A stretch of 64,000 bases of DNA from Kiritimatiellia bacterium (lineage in GTDB: Bacteria; Verrucomicrobiota; Kiritimatiellia; RFP12; UBA1067): contig JBMNFY010000020.1 in NCBI GenBank assembly GCA_050949565.1, forward strand, positions 1 through 64,000, given 5' to 3'. A model generated the notes under the pieces. It ran no database searches, was not told the DNA's origin, and saw only the letters and a list, made by a program, of their open reading frames with translations. Of this stretch, positions 37,064 through 48,218 are shown piece after piece (within the stretch, counting starts at the first letter, position 1; every line of letters starts with the position of its first letter). The translations under genes and the position numbers were made by a program.

Positions 37064-40000
37064 ATGATCATTATGCGGTACTCGTGTTTAATTGCCCTGT
37101 TTGTTTTATGTGTCTCGCGCGTTTCTGCCGATTGGCATGACGCGCTCTGGCTGGGCCGGGGTGATGTCTGGCGTGCCCGCTTTCCGGTCACGGTGACGAA
37201 TCCCGGTGACGGTGAACTCGACGGTCAGGCGGTCGCGTTGACGGTGGGCGGAGAGCCCGGCCAGGCACCGCTCGTTGGTGCGCGGGCCGAGGCGTTGCGC
37301 GTGGCCGACAGCCAAGGTCGCCAACTGCTCTACGCGCTCTGGACGCCGGATATGGATCGTCAGATCACCACCGGTGCGGTTCCGGCTGGCGCGGTCTTGA
37401 GCCTGCCTGCTGTCTGCGGTCCCGCCACCTCTACCACCTATCACGTCTATTTCGACAATGCGTGTGCGTGGGGCTTGGCCGATTTCTTCGACAAGCGGCC
37501 CCTCACCGACACTAACGGAGATTTTGAACGCGGCAGCGGCGATACGCCGGCAGGATGGCGGCGGCAGATGAGTGGTGCCACACACCGTCTTACTTGGTCG
37601 ACCGAAACGCCGTTTTCAGGCACGCGCTGTCTTAAGGCCGAGGCTTCGTCGGGTGCTGCCTCCGTGTGGTTCGGGTTTTCGCGCTCTGACTTTACCGTCG
37701 TTCCCGGAGCGCGCTGTACCATCCGGGTTCGTGTGCGTGGCGAAAACGTCACCGGCACTGCTGGCTGGTATGTGCATGTCGGCGACGAAAAGAATTTACA
37801 GCGGATCAATCGTGTCGAGAAGGCTGGCGACGGCACGTTCGGTTGGAAAGAGATGCAGATCACCTTCACCGTTCCGGAGGGCGCGACGCGCATGGCCACC
37901 GGCTCCGTGCTCTACGGCACCGGCACAGCTTGGTATGACGCCTTCAGCTTTGAGAGTGACCGTCCGGTACCGATGCCCAGTGCGCGTGCCGGTGCGGTTG
38001 AGCGCCTTGAACTGATCGAACAGGGCGCGGATGCGCCATGGCCCGCCGAGCTACGCGGACGCCGATCGAATTGGCTGAGGCGCGCTGTCGCGTCGATCCT
38101 GCCTCGTTATCGCGTCGCCGAATGTCCTTGGCGTTACCGCCTGCCGATTCGCGTCGTGAATCTGCGCGACACGCCAGCCACCAATCTGCTCGCCGTGGCC
38201 GATCTCGCAAGCGCCGCGCGCGGGATCGTCGCGCCCGAGTTCCGCATGACCTTTAATGGCGAGACCGTTGAGACTTGCCGATTGGGCGACCGTTTGCTCT
38301 TCTCATGCTCGCCTAGTGCGCGTAGTCTGTCAACCTACTACCTGTATGTGGCTGATACCGGCAAGCGCCCTGAACCGAGCGCCGCGGCTGCTTCCACGCT
38401 AGGTAGCGATATTCCTTCGGATCAGATTCTGACGACCGGTTCCGACGCTACCGATGCGGTTGCCTTTGCCAAGTTGCTCGTCAGTCCGGTGAATCAGGTC
38501 AAAAACCCTAGCTTTGAAGAGGGGACGGAGCAATCCGATGGTTGGTCGCACAGTAGCGAAGGCAAGGGCGTCCGGTTTGCGATCGAGAGCCCCGGTGGTT
38601 TTGGTCAACGCCATGCCCGTATGGCCGTTGATAAATCCGTTACCCTCGCTTGGCGCGGCTGGTATCAGTCGGTACCGATCAAGGCCGGGCACACCTACCT
38701 GTATGGTGCATGGCTTGCCTGCGAGGACCTAGAGGGTTCCGCCATGTTGCACGCGCACCTGCGTAATGCACAGGGGCAGGTGACTGCGGGCGGTTTTCTC
38801 GGCGCGGGCGCTGGTATCAGCGGCACCGCGATGTGGACCCCGATGTTCGGCACTGTCACCGTGCCAGCGGATGCGAGCGTGTTCCAACTCCATCTTACCA
38901 TGAATGCGCACGGCACGCTCAAACATGACGGTGCCTTTCTGGCCGAGTGTCTGAACGCCACAGCCGGAGACCCGGAAACCCCGCCCATGGATCCGGATGA
39001 GCTGACGGTGTGGCCGGTCGATCCGGTCATCAAGGTTTTCCATGAGACCCTCCCCCCGGCGCAACCGGAAGCGAGCGCGATTGCTCTGGCACGCAACGAA
39101 GAGGAGGCGCTGCAACTCGCTTTGCGCGCCGGTCGGGACATTGCCGATCTCGAGATTGCGGTCGACCCGCCGAAGCGGCGCGATGGTCAGACGCTTGATA
39201 CCTTCACGATCGGTTGGGTCGGTTATGTGCCGATCGACCATCCGACCTCTTACTACAGTCTGACCACGCCGACGTGGCAATTGAAGCATCCTACGCGGGC
39301 TGGCTCGTCGGACGGCTGGTCTGGTTGGTGGCCTGACCCGATCCGCCCGGCCGCGCGCGGTGCGCTACGTGCCAACCAGACGCAGGCGGTGTGGGTTTCG
39401 TTTAAGGCCACGGCGACCACGAAACCGGGCACCTACGCCGGGAACGTGCGCATTCTTGATGCGGATAAGCGTCTTGTGCAGCGCGTACCCTTCACCGTCA
39501 CGGTCTGGGATTTTGAGCTGCCCACAGAAAGCACTTGCGCCGCGATCTATGACATCCGTCTCAGTCCGCAATGGACAGCCGACGGCTCGACGGCAGCGCA
39601 ACAGCGCGAACGGTTGATGCGTGTCATGGCCGACAAACGTGTGTCGCCCGACGATGTCGGCGCAAGCCCGGTCTTCACGCGTGACGAGCAAGGGCGCATC
39701 ACCGCTGATTTCACAGCGTACGACCGCGCCGCACAGCTCTATTTCGACGAGTTGAAATTCCGCTTCTCATACACGCCGGGCTTCTTCTATCTGTTCGGTT
39801 GGGAGCACCCGCCCAAGAAGGTGATGGGCGAGGCACCTTACGAGGGTGAGCATCCGTATGCCGATGCAGACCGCACACGTCTGCGCGCCGCCTACAAGGA
39901 GACCTACCAGACCTGTCTGCGCCTCTATTGGGATCATGTCAAAGCCAAGGGTTGGGCCGACCGGCTGGTGCTCTATATTTCTGACGAACCCTTCCTCACC

Positions 40001-40696
40001 AAGAAGCCGATCATTGATCAGATGAAGGCACTCTGCGACATGATCCATGAGGTCGATCCCAAAATTCCGATCTACTGCAGCACATGGCGTCACTGCCCGG
40101 ATTGGAACGGGTATCTCGACGTTTGGGGCGTCGGGCATTACGGATGTTTCCCGCTCGACGAGATGCGTGCGCGCCGCGCCGCCGGCGACCGCATCTGGTT
40201 CACCACCGACGGCCAGATGTGTACCGACACGCCCTTCTGTGCGGTCGAACGTCTGCTGCCCCATTACTGCTTCCATTTCGACGCTGAGGCGTACGAGTTC
40301 TGGGGCGTGAGTTGGTTGACCTATGATCCTTGGCAGTTCGGCTGGCACCGTTACATTCATCAAAGCAGCACGCCCGGCGAATTTTACTACGTGCGCTATC
40401 CGAATGGTGACGGCTATCTGCTTTATCCCGGTGCACCGGTCGGCTCTCCCGATCCCGTGACCACCGTGCGCCTGGAAGCCGCGCGTGACGGCGTCGAGGA
40501 TTACGAGTATCTCAAGCTCCTGCAGCGGCATGCGGGCAATCCACAGGCCGACGCCCTGCTCAAGGAGTTCGCCGCGCTGGTCGAGATCCCCAACGCCGGG
40601 GGACGCTTCTCGACCCGCATCCTGCCAGATCCGTCGCGCCTCGCTGCATTGCGTCTGCGCGCCGGAGCGCTCCTAGAGCAACTCACCGCACGGTGA
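37064..40696 (+). CDS. Large secreted protein with two CBM4/9-like domains and a C-terminal GH123/DUF4091-like catalytic domain
   Basis: Signal peptide, 'NGDFE' and 'NPSFE' CBM starts, 'LARNEEEALQL', 'WPDP', 'VTVWDFELP', 'ISDEP', 'NGDGYLLYPG', 'RLEAARDGVEDYEYL'. Confidence 0.8.
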   Translation: MIIMRYSCLIALFVLCVSRVSADWHDALWLGRGDVWRARFPVTVTNPGDGELDGQAVALTVGGEPGQAPLVGARAEALRVADSQGRQLLYALWTPDMDRQITTGAVPAGAVLSLPAVCGPATSTTYHVYFDNACAWGLADFFDKRPLTDTNGDFERGSGDTPAGWRRQMSGATHRLTWSTETPFSGTRCLKAEASSGAASVWFGFSRSDFTVVPGARCTIRVRVRGENVTGTAGWYVHVGDEKNLQRINRVEKAGDGTFGWKEMQITFTVPEGATRMATGSVLYGTGTAWYDAFSFESDRPVPMPSARAGAVERLELIEQGADAPWPAELRGRRSNWLRRAVASILPRYRVAECPWRYRLPIRVVNLRDTPATNLLAVADLASAARGIVAPEFRMTFNGETVETCRLGDRLLFSCSPSARSLSTYYLYVADTGKRPEPSAAAASTLGSDIPSDQILTTGSDATDAVAFAKLLVSPVNQVKNPSFEEGTEQSDGWSHSSEGKGVRFAIESPGGFGQRHARMAVDKSVTLAWRGWYQSVPIKAGHTYLYGAWLACEDLEGSAMLHAHLRNAQGQVTAGGFLGAGAGISGTAMWTPMFGTVTVPADASVFQLHLTMNAHGTLKHDGAFLAECLNATAGDPETPPMDPDELTVWPVDPVIKVFHETLPPAQPEASAIALARNEEEALQLALRAGRDIADLEIAVDPPKRRDGQTLDTFTIGWVGYVPIDHPTSYYSLTTPTWQLKHPTRAGSSDGWSGWWPDPIRPAARGALRANQTQAVWVSFKATATTKPGTYAGNVRILDADKRLVQRVPFTVTVWDFELPTESTCAAIYDIRLSPQWTADGSTAAQQRERLMRVMADKRVSPDDVGASPVFTRDEQGRITADFTAYDRAAQLYFDELKFRFSYTPGFFYLFGWEHPPKKVMGEAPYEGEHPYADADRTRLRAAYKETYQTCLRLYWDHVKAKGWADRLVLYISDEPFLTKKPIIDQMKALCDMIHEVDPKIPIYCSTWRHCPDWNGYLDVWGVGHYGCFPLDEMRARRAAGDRIWFTTDGQMCTDTPFCAVERLLPHYCFHFDAEAYEFWGVSWLTYDPWQFGWHRYIHQSSTPGEFYYVRYPNGDGYLLYPGAPVGSPDPVTTVRLEAARDGVEDYEYLKLLQRHAGNPQADALLKEFAALVEIPNAGGRFSTRILPDPSRLAALRLRAGALLEQLTAR

Positions 40697-43091
40697 TGAG
40701 AATCCCGGGGATGGGCTTCACCGGCGTCACGCTCACGTCGTCGATCGCCAGAGCTTGCGCATCCGCTACAGCGTCACCCTCCGCGACGGCAATCTGCCAC
40801 GCGAGGTAGAACGTCCCGCCCGGCACGACTGGCGTGCTGCACACGACCCGGCGCGCCGCGCTGCTGGTCGCACCCGGTTCGGTGTCCGTTCCGAAGACGA
40901 CCGGAGCGCCGACCTGCGCTCCATGTGACGCCATCCGTGCTGTACAGCAGTCGCACCGCGCTGGCAGCGGTGCCTTGCCTGTACTTCTCAACGTCAAAAG
41001 TCACGTCCCACTTGCGCACGTCCAGGCTCGTGCCGTTGGTGAAGCGAGCCATGATCGAGACGCTCTGCGCCTGCGTGTTATCCGTGAGCCCGCCGACCGC
41101 TTGGTCGCGGCGGCCGTCTGACGCGAAGTTGTAGCTGCCGGCGGCCGTGAAGCCGGGTGCCGCGTTGTCGTGCGTGACGGTCGTTTCAGCGTCCGCGTAT
41201 GCGCCGGTCGTGCGTACGCTGTCGCTTGTCTTCGTGCGCCAACTCCACGGCAGGACGTCCGCCGCATGCTCACCCATCTCGTCGAAGGTCTCGGTGATGC
41301 CGTTCGTCGGCACGAGGATACCTGCGGGCATGTCTCCCGCCGTCCAGGCGACATTCACATGATCGATGCCGAACGCATGGTCGTTTCCGGTGTCATCCAC
41401 ATCAACCCAGCGCAGCAGCAGTGTTCCGCCCGGCGGAATCGGTCGCAACAGGCGCACACAGCCGTCGGCTGGCACTGAGATGTCGGCGGTCACTGGGCCG
41501 CCTTTCTGGAAAAGCTCGTTCGTCACGAGCGGAGAGTCAAAGCAGAGCGCGGTCAAGCGGTGCCAAACCCCTTCTTCGTGCAAGGGGAACACGCAGTTCG
41601 TGATGCAGTACTCGGCCAAGAGCGTGTTCGTCTGCGAGTTGGCGCCGACGCGCCACTGCCGCGAGCGGCTCTGGATCACGCATTCGGTGACGGCGTTGTC
41701 GCTGGCGTTGGTCAGTGCCATGCCGTATACGTAGTCGCGTTTGCCCCCGGCCAAGGAACCCAGCGAATAGGTATTGCTGCCTTCGAAGCTGAAGGCGTAC
41801 AGTGCCCCCGCCGTCCCCGAGCCTGTGCCGTAGATGAACGACGTGACGGGCGCGTTCTTGACGTAGGCGTACCAGGCGTGAAGCGGTTCGGCTGCGTTGT
41901 CCCACACGGTGGATCCACCATAGCTTCCCAGCGCCTCGAATGTCTGGGAGTAGGTGCCGGATACGCCCGTCATGACCACCGCCGGCACACAGGCGGGCAG
42001 CACCGTGATCACCAGATCACGCGGCTCGCTCCAGCCGTCCTTGTCCTGCGCGGTGAAGGTAAAGGTCTGTACGCCTTTGTCTGCGGCGGTCGGCGTGTAG
42101 GTGAAGACCCCCGCATGCAGCGACCATGCACCGGAGATGCCTGCGGAAGCGGTCACGTTGGTCGCCGTCACCGGATCGTCGTTCGTCTCCTGAATCACGA
42201 CATCGCATGCGAAGGTTTCGCCCACGCGCACGGTTTGCGACGTGAAGGGGACGATCCGCGGCGGCTCGGCGGCTGTGTTCACCTTGATCACGTTGGAATC
42301 GGCGGTGACCTCCGAGCCATCCGTCGCCCGCACCACGTACCAGTAGACGCCTTCGACGAGGTTGGTGACCTGATACGAGGTGACGGCTCCCACCGCCTCG
42401 TTTGTCAGCGCGTACACGCGCGTGCCGTCGCCGTACTGCACGGTCACGTCGTCAATGGCTGCGAATTTCCATCTGTGTCTTTGGTATAGACCAGCCTCGA
42501 AGCGCGTGTAGGCGCTCAGCAGCCGAAAGGGGATAGCTTTGCGTCACGCGGCCGTGTTCGTTGGTCATCGGAACGTTATCGAGTTCCGTCCACCCGGTCT
42601 CATTGCTCGCCGACACTCTGGATCGACGAAGAGCCTGTCACGATTACCCCTGTACCAGAAAGAGAGATTCGTCACTGCGGCGGGATACTCTGCCGTCGTT
42701 ATCGAGTGGTCGGTCGCCTGAGAGTTTGATGGACCGGTATCGCCGACACCCGAGTGTCTGAACCCTTGTACGTCGAGTCGCTTGCCATGACCTTGATTCC
42801 CATCCTTCAGGTGTGTAATCGTCGGATAGTCGTTAAAGCCCTCGCTCACCGTTGATGGGCGGCACGCCGTCGCACCGGTAGACGTCCAGCATGTATCCGG
42901 TTGCGCCGGTCCACCGCCGACCAGTTGGCGGTGAAGCCGGTTGATGTGATCGAGGTTGCCGCCTGTGCGGTTGGCGGCGTCAGTTGCGCGTGCGCCCGCT
43001 GTGTGCCCGCCGTCAAAATGCCTAATCCGCAAACGCACATTGCGGTCAATCTTTGAAGCTCACGCCGCGACATTGTGTGATTGTTTGCCAT
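40683..43091 (-). pseudogene. Multiply frameshifted secreted protein with fibronectin type III / Ig-like domains
   Basis: Pieces 42846-43091, 42565-43038, 40774-42447 and 40683-40997 read as one protein: signal-like start, 'ATSITSTGFTANWSAV', 'TSYQVTNL..GVYWYVVRA', 'IDDVSV', ending 'PIPGILITVR'. Confidence 0.72.
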
Positions 43092-43176
43092 GTGTTCTGA
43101 TCCTTTTCGTGTTTATCAGCATCCCATAGGCGAATTCGGAAACGCACCGCGCCGATTTTCATGATCGGCACCACGC

Positions 43177-43206
43177 ATTATCGCACGGAGGAGTGAAAAC
43201 AGGCAA
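43177..43206 (-). promoter_or_regulatory. Putative promoter for the minus-strand gene
   Basis: Minus strand TTGCCT-18 bp-GATAAT with TGn extension. Confidence 0.35.
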
Positions 43207-43539
43207 GCCTGAATCCCCTGTAACTCTCTCTGCTGGTGGCAAAGTTAGCCTATCCTTGTTAGACCAATGCGTTACTTCCGTCAGGAAACGGTTAATTTTC
43301 ACCCGACGCCTTTTCCGGTAGCGGGTCAATCCAAGTGGGCACGACAATTGCGTCGTTCTTGGGGTTGGGTGTCGAGCGTATCGTCGTGCTCGGTTTTGTT
43401 GCGTCTGGGGCATGGTGAAATCGGCGGATAGAAGTGGAGAAGTGCAGGACGATGATCATTACTCTGTGAACCTCTGACTGTGCCTTTAGGGGAAAGAATA
43501 TATCCGGGCGCTTGTGGAAGTCAAGGTTGCATGTCCAGC

Positions 43540-43568
43540 TTGTTTCTCGTAGGGGGCTTGGGTATAGT
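43540..43568 (+). promoter_or_regulatory. Putative queA promoter (second copy 48159-48187)
   Basis: TTGTTT-17 bp-TATAGT. Confidence 0.4.
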
Positions 43569-43599
43569 TTGCACACATTGCACGGGGTGATGGAGTGTT

Positions 43600-44670
43600 A
43601 TGCTGACAAGTGATTTTGATTATGAATTGCCGCAGGAGTTGATCGCGCAGGAGCCGCCTGCTGAACGTGGAGCTTCACGCATGATGGTGCTGCACCGCGC
43701 GGAGGGGCGCCTGGAGCATCGCCACGTGGCCGACCTGCCGGAGTATCTCTCGGTGAATGACTTGCTGGTCCTGAACGACACGCGCGTGTTTCCGGCGCGC
43801 ATCCGGGGGCAGTGGGTGGATACCGGCGGGGCGTTCGAGTTGCTGCTGGTCGAGCCGGTCTCGGGTGATGCCGAAGCGGCGTCCGGCGAAAACGTGTGGC
43901 GGTGCATCACCGGCTCGGGACGGCCGGTTCGATCCGGACAGCGCGCAATCTTTGCCGAGGGGAACTTGACCGCCGAGCCGCTTGCTAAAAATGACAACGG
44001 CACATGGGATGTGCGCCTGTGCTCGGCGGAACCGCTGATGGTGGTGCTGGAGCAGTACGGGCTTACACCGGTGCCACCCTATATCCACCGCAGTGGCGAT
44101 GAACGCCAGGCGCGACTGGACCGTGAGCGGTACCAGACCGTCTATGCGCGCGAGACCGGCGCGGTGGCGGCACCGACGGCCGGGTTGCATTTTACGGAGT
44201 CCCTGTTCGACGCGCTTGCGGCTAAGGGCGTGCGGCGCGCGACGGTTACGCTGCATGTGGGGCCGGGCACCTTCAAGCCGGTCAAGACCGATACCGTGGA
44301 GGCGCACCGCATGGATGCCGAGCGCTATGCGGTGCCGCAGGCCACGGTTGACGCGATTCGCGACTGTCGGGCGCGCGGCGGACGCGTCGTGGCGGTCGGT
44401 AGCACTAGTGTGCGCACGTTGGAGAGCGTGGCGGCGGCGCACGGCGGTGAGGTGGTCGCAACTGCCGGTTCCAGCACCATCTTTATTTATCCGCCCTACC
44501 GCTTTCAGGCGACCGACATGATGCTCACGAATTTCCATTTGCCGCGTTCGACGCTGATCATGATGGTTGCGGCGCTGGCCGGACGCGAACTCATTCTGGC
44601 GGCCTACCGCGAGGCAGTCCGTCAACGTTACCGTTTCTTCAGCTACGGGGATTGTATGCTGATCGTGTAA
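43600..44670 (+). CDS. queA: S-adenosylmethionine:tRNA ribosyltransferase-isomerase
   Basis: 'SDFDYELPQELIAQEP', 'NDTRVFPAR', 'PPYI', 'YQTVYA', 'AVAAPTAGLHF', 'LHVGPGTF', 'TNFHLPRSTL', 'YRFFSYGD'. Confidence 0.97.
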   Translation: MLTSDFDYELPQELIAQEPPAERGASRMMVLHRAEGRLEHRHVADLPEYLSVNDLLVLNDTRVFPARIRGQWVDTGGAFELLLVEPVSGDAEAASGENVWRCITGSGRPVRSGQRAIFAEGNLTAEPLAKNDNGTWDVRLCSAEPLMVVLEQYGLTPVPPYIHRSGDERQARLDRERYQTVYARETGAVAAPTAGLHFTESLFDALAAKGVRRATVTLHVGPGTFKPVKTDTVEAHRMDAERYAVPQATVDAIRDCRARGGRVVAVGSTSVRTLESVAAAHGGEVVATAGSSTIFIYPPYRFQATDMMLTNFHLPRSTLIMMVAALAGRELILAAYREAVRQRYRFFSYGDCMLIV

Positions 44671-44781
44671 GACTTCAATGTTGTTTCTGACAGGGTAATT
44701 CGGTAGACTGATGCGCGATTTTTGGGTGACGTGCGTCCGGACGCATTGTCCTGATCTGATTGTGTGAAGAGAGGCTTTTTT

Positions 44782-45120
44782 ATGACGATGAGTAAGGTCG
44801 CGGAGGTGCTGCAGGCAGAGGTTCTTGTCAAAGGGGACGGTATGTCGCGCCGCGTCGGACACGTGATGGCGTCGGATTTGATGAGCGACGTATTACTGGT
44901 CGATGAGGAGGATATGCTGCTGTTGACTTCTCTGGCCAGTGATCAGGTCTTGCGTACCGCCCAGATTGTTGGCGCGGTGGGGGTGGTTGTCGTGAATGGC
45001 AAGCCGCTGCCCTCTTCGATGGTGAATGTGGCGAATGATCTCGGCATGACCTTGGCCACCAGCCGTCTGTCCAAGTATGATGCTTGTGTGGCGGTGCATA
45101 CCGCCCGCCATCCGTTATGA
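44782..45120 (+). CDS. DRTGG-domain protein
   Basis: 'ASDLMSDVL', 'LLLTSL...QVLRTA', 'VVVNGK'. Confidence 0.8.
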   Translation: MTMSKVAEVLQAEVLVKGDGMSRRVGHVMASDLMSDVLLVDEEDMLLLTSLASDQVLRTAQIVGAVGVVVVNGKPLPSSMVNVANDLGMTLATSRLSKYDACVAVHTARHPL

Positions 45121-46085
45121 GCACGTCCGACAGCCAGCCTCCCATTGCGCCGGAGGAGCGCACTACGTTGGGAGAGACGGACAACGATCCGATCGTGCTG
45201 CTTGAACTCATCCAGCGCCTGAAGGTGCGTGATGTGATGACCTCGAATCTGGTGACGGTGCCGCGCGACGCAACGATGCAGCAGGCGCAGGAGTTGATGC
45301 GCCAAAAAAAGATCAGCAGCGTGCCGGTCGAGGAGAAGGGGCGTCTCTTCGGTTTGGTCAGTATCGATGACATCATTCGGGCGCTGGTCGCGGGCACGAT
45401 CCATGAGTCGTGCGGACGTCACATGACAACCAAGCTGGTGGTGCTAGAGGACGACATGCCGCTCTCCTTCGCGCTGCGTTATTTCGACCGTTACCACTAT
45501 GGGCGCTTCCCGGTTATCAATCGCGACCGCCAACTCGTGGGCATCATCTGCCATCGTGACATCAACCGCGCGTTGCTGGTTGAACTAACGCAGGAGTTGC
45601 ACCGTCTTGAGGGAGCCTCGCTCCAGAAAGATGGTGACGATGGGTCGGGGAGCCTTTATCTCTTGCGCGAATTCCCGATTTGTAAGTATGATTTTGAGAA
45701 CGCTGGGAAGGCCGCGAATCAAATCAAGCAGGTGTTGCAGGAAAAGAAACTCCCACCGAAGATCATCCGGCGGATCGCAGTGGCGGCGTATGAACTGGAG
45801 ATCAACCTGTGTGTACACTCCGATGGCGGGGTGCTCTCGTGGCAGATCTCGAACGGACGCTCAGAGATAGTCGCACGCGATGCAGGCCCCGGCATTGAGG
45901 ATGTCGAGTGGGCTTGCCGTGACGGTGCCTCTACCGCCAACGAGTGGATCCGGTCGTTGGGGTTTGGCGCGGGCATGGGCTTGGTGAATGTGCGGCGGGT
46001 TTCGGATGAGTTTGACATCAAGTCGAAAAAGGGTTCGGGAACAACAGTGAAGTCGATCATCTACATCGAGGACAAGGCATCATGA
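45117..46085 (+). CDS. CBS-pair domains fused to an anti-sigma/RsbT-like HATPase_c kinase domain
   Basis: 'KVRDVMT', 'SSVPV', 'GRFPV' CBS; 'AAYELEIN', 'DAGPGIED', 'GFGAGMGL' N, G1 and G2 boxes. Confidence 0.85.
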   Translation: MSTSDSQPPIAPEERTTLGETDNDPIVLLELIQRLKVRDVMTSNLVTVPRDATMQQAQELMRQKKISSVPVEEKGRLFGLVSIDDIIRALVAGTIHESCGRHMTTKLVVLEDDMPLSFALRYFDRYHYGRFPVINRDRQLVGIICHRDINRALLVELTQELHRLEGASLQKDGDDGSGSLYLLREFPICKYDFENAGKAANQIKQVLQEKKLPPKIIRRIAVAAYELEINLCVHSDGGVLSWQISNGRSEIVARDAGPGIEDVEWACRDGASTANEWIRSLGFGAGMGLVNVRRVSDEFDIKSKKGSGTTVKSIIYIEDKAS

Positions 46086-46426
46086 CACTGAACGCGTTGA
46101 TTGTTGCTTGTGGTTGGGAACCGGCGCTGGTGCCGGACCCCGAGGTTGAGGTGTCGGGCGCGTATGTGTCGGACCTGCTGAGCGATGTGATGGCTCACTG
46201 CCCGGACGGTGCCGTGTTGATCACGGTGCAGAACCACACCAACTCGGTGGCGGTCTGTACGCTGGTGGGCGCGCCAGCCATTGTGCTCGTACACAACCGG
46301 GAGATTCCGGAAGAGATGCAAGCCGCGGCCTCGCGTGAAGGTGTCGCGTTGTTGCGGACGACGGACGACCAGTTCCATGCAGCCTTGAGGGTTGGGAAGG
46401 CACTTGGAATCGGAGTGGGTGAATAA
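46082..46426 (+). CDS. DRTGG-domain protein
   Basis: 'GAYVSDLLSDVMA', 'LITVQNHTNSVAV'. Confidence 0.8.
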   Translation: MTLNALIVACGWEPALVPDPEVEVSGAYVSDLLSDVMAHCPDGAVLITVQNHTNSVAVCTLVGAPAIVLVHNREIPEEMQAAASREGVALLRTTDDQFHAALRVGKALGIGVGE

Positions 46427-46439
46427 GGATTGTAAAGGC

Positions 46440-46530
46440 TCTTGCAAAACCCTTCGTGACATGGGCGTCCCGCCCATGAAACACGGGCAAGATGCCCGTG
46501 CCATGCCTATGAACAAGGGTTTTTGGAAGA
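46440..46530. repeat. REP doublet of a third hairpin family nested in an outer inverted repeat (second copy 51059-51149)
   Basis: catgggc-gtccc-gcccatg and cacgggca-aga-tgcccgtg, flanked by tcttgcaaaaccctt / aagggtttttggaaga. Confidence 0.75.
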
Positions 46531-46555
46531 GACGCGATAGACAGTTGGAGGAAGT

Positions 46556-47845
46556 ATGAACGTGAAGCTGATGGCGTTGGGGTTGTTGGTGCCGGTATTC
46601 GCTTGGGCGCAAACGGTCGAGGTGCGCGCGGATCGCGATTCGCATGTGTATCGGTGCGGGGAACCGACCACGTTCACGGTGCGTGTGGTGGACAAAGATA
46701 ACCAGCCACTGACGGCGGGACAGCTTAGCGTCGTACTGTCGAACTTTGGGACGCAGCAGGTCGCGTATGCTGCCTTTGATCTTGCGAAAGCGAATCCCGT
46801 GACATGCACCGGCACGTTGCACGAGCCGGGTTTTCTTAAGTGCACTGCCGTTGTCAAACTCGACAAGGCGCAGGTCAGGGGAGTTTCCGGCGCGGCCTAC
46901 GAGCCGGAAAAGATTGTGGCCGGTTCGCCCCGACCGGCCGATTTTGACGCCTATTGGGATGCGGCGATTGCGCGGCTTGAGGCCGAAGTGCCGCTTGATC
47001 CGCGTGTCGAACGCTTCGATCGTTACTGCTCAGACAAGCACGAGGCGTTTAAGGTGAGTTTCGCGACGTTTGACGGCCTGCGCGTGTATGGGTTCCTCAG
47101 CGTCCCTAAGGGGCCGGGGCCTTTCCCGGTGGAAGTCAATGTGCCGGGCGCGGGGCCGGGCACGACGGGCCCCAACGTTGGCATGGCGGATCGCGGATTT
47201 ATCCATTTGGTGATGAACGTTCATCCTTTCGAGCCGGCGGCGGATGCCGAAGGCCAGAAAAAGCTATATGCCGAACAGGATCGCCAAGTGCAGGAGCGTT
47301 ACGGCGTGAAGCGCTATTGCCTCGCGGGTGCGGCACAGCGCGAGACCTATTTCTACTACCGGATCATGTTGGGCATTAACCGTGCGGTCAACTGGGTGGC
47401 GGCCCGCCCGGATGTCGACAAGACGCACTTTGCTTACACGGGTAGCAGCCAGGGCGGGGGATTCGGTTTCTATCTCTTGGGGCTCAACCGTCACTTTACA
47501 AAGGGCGTGATTCATGTGCCTGCGATCACGGACTTGCTGGGCTTTCAAAAGGGACGCGACTCCGGGTGGCCGAAGCTGATTGAAAATATGCGGGAGTCCG
47601 ACAAGGCCGCCGCCATAAAGGCTGCGCCTTATTTCGACGGTGCGCATTTTGCGCCCCGGATTACTTGCCCCGTGCGTGTGTCGGTCGGTTTCATTGATGA
47701 AACCTGCCCGCCTGCCGCTGTGTATGCGGGCTATAATGCCCTGCGCGTTGCCGACAAAGAGATCGGACACGGCATCGGCATGCCGCACAGGGTCTTCCCC
47801 GAGTTCTACAATCGGTTCGATCAGCAATGGCTGAGACAGAGATGA
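46556..47845 (+). CDS. Secreted acetylxylan esterase / cephalosporin-C deacetylase (CE7)
   Basis: Signal peptide, 'RPADFDAYW', 'GSSQGG' nucleophile, 'VGFIDETCPP'. Confidence 0.88.
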   Translation: MNVKLMALGLLVPVFAWAQTVEVRADRDSHVYRCGEPTTFTVRVVDKDNQPLTAGQLSVVLSNFGTQQVAYAAFDLAKANPVTCTGTLHEPGFLKCTAVVKLDKAQVRGVSGAAYEPEKIVAGSPRPADFDAYWDAAIARLEAEVPLDPRVERFDRYCSDKHEAFKVSFATFDGLRVYGFLSVPKGPGPFPVEVNVPGAGPGTTGPNVGMADRGFIHLVMNVHPFEPAADAEGQKKLYAEQDRQVQERYGVKRYCLAGAAQRETYFYYRIMLGINRAVNWVAARPDVDKTHFAYTGSSQGGGFGFYLLGLNRHFTKGVIHVPAITDLLGFQKGRDSGWPKLIENMRESDKAAAIKAAPYFDGAHFAPRITCPVRVSVGFIDETCPPAAVYAGYNALRVADKEIGHGIGMPHRVFPEFYNRFDQQWLRQR

Positions 47846-48218
47846 GTCCGCGCCTTCCGCGCTGCGCGCGGATTTAGGATTTGAGATTTAGGATTTAGGA
47901 ATTGTCAGGAAACGGTTAATTTTCACCCGACGCCTTTTCCGGTAGCGGGTCAATCCAAGTGGGCACGACAATTGCGTCGTTCTTGGGGTTGGGTGTCGAG
48001 CGTATCGTCGTGCTCGGTTTTGTTGCGTCTGGGGCATGGTGAAATCGGCGGATAGAAGTGGAGAAGTGCAGGACGATGATCATTGCTCTGTGAATCTCTG
48101 ACTGTACCTTCAAAGAATATATCCGGGCGCTTGTGGAAGTCAAGGTTGCATGTCCAGCTTGTTTCTCGTAGGGGGCTTGGGTATAGTTTGCACACATTGC
48201 ACGGGGTGATGGAGTGTT

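Noticed and set aside
43159-43576. Small ORFs or a preQ1 riboswitch upstream of queA
   Set aside because: The ORFs are disrupted differently in the two copies and I could not recognise a riboswitch consensus; an Rfam scan would settle it
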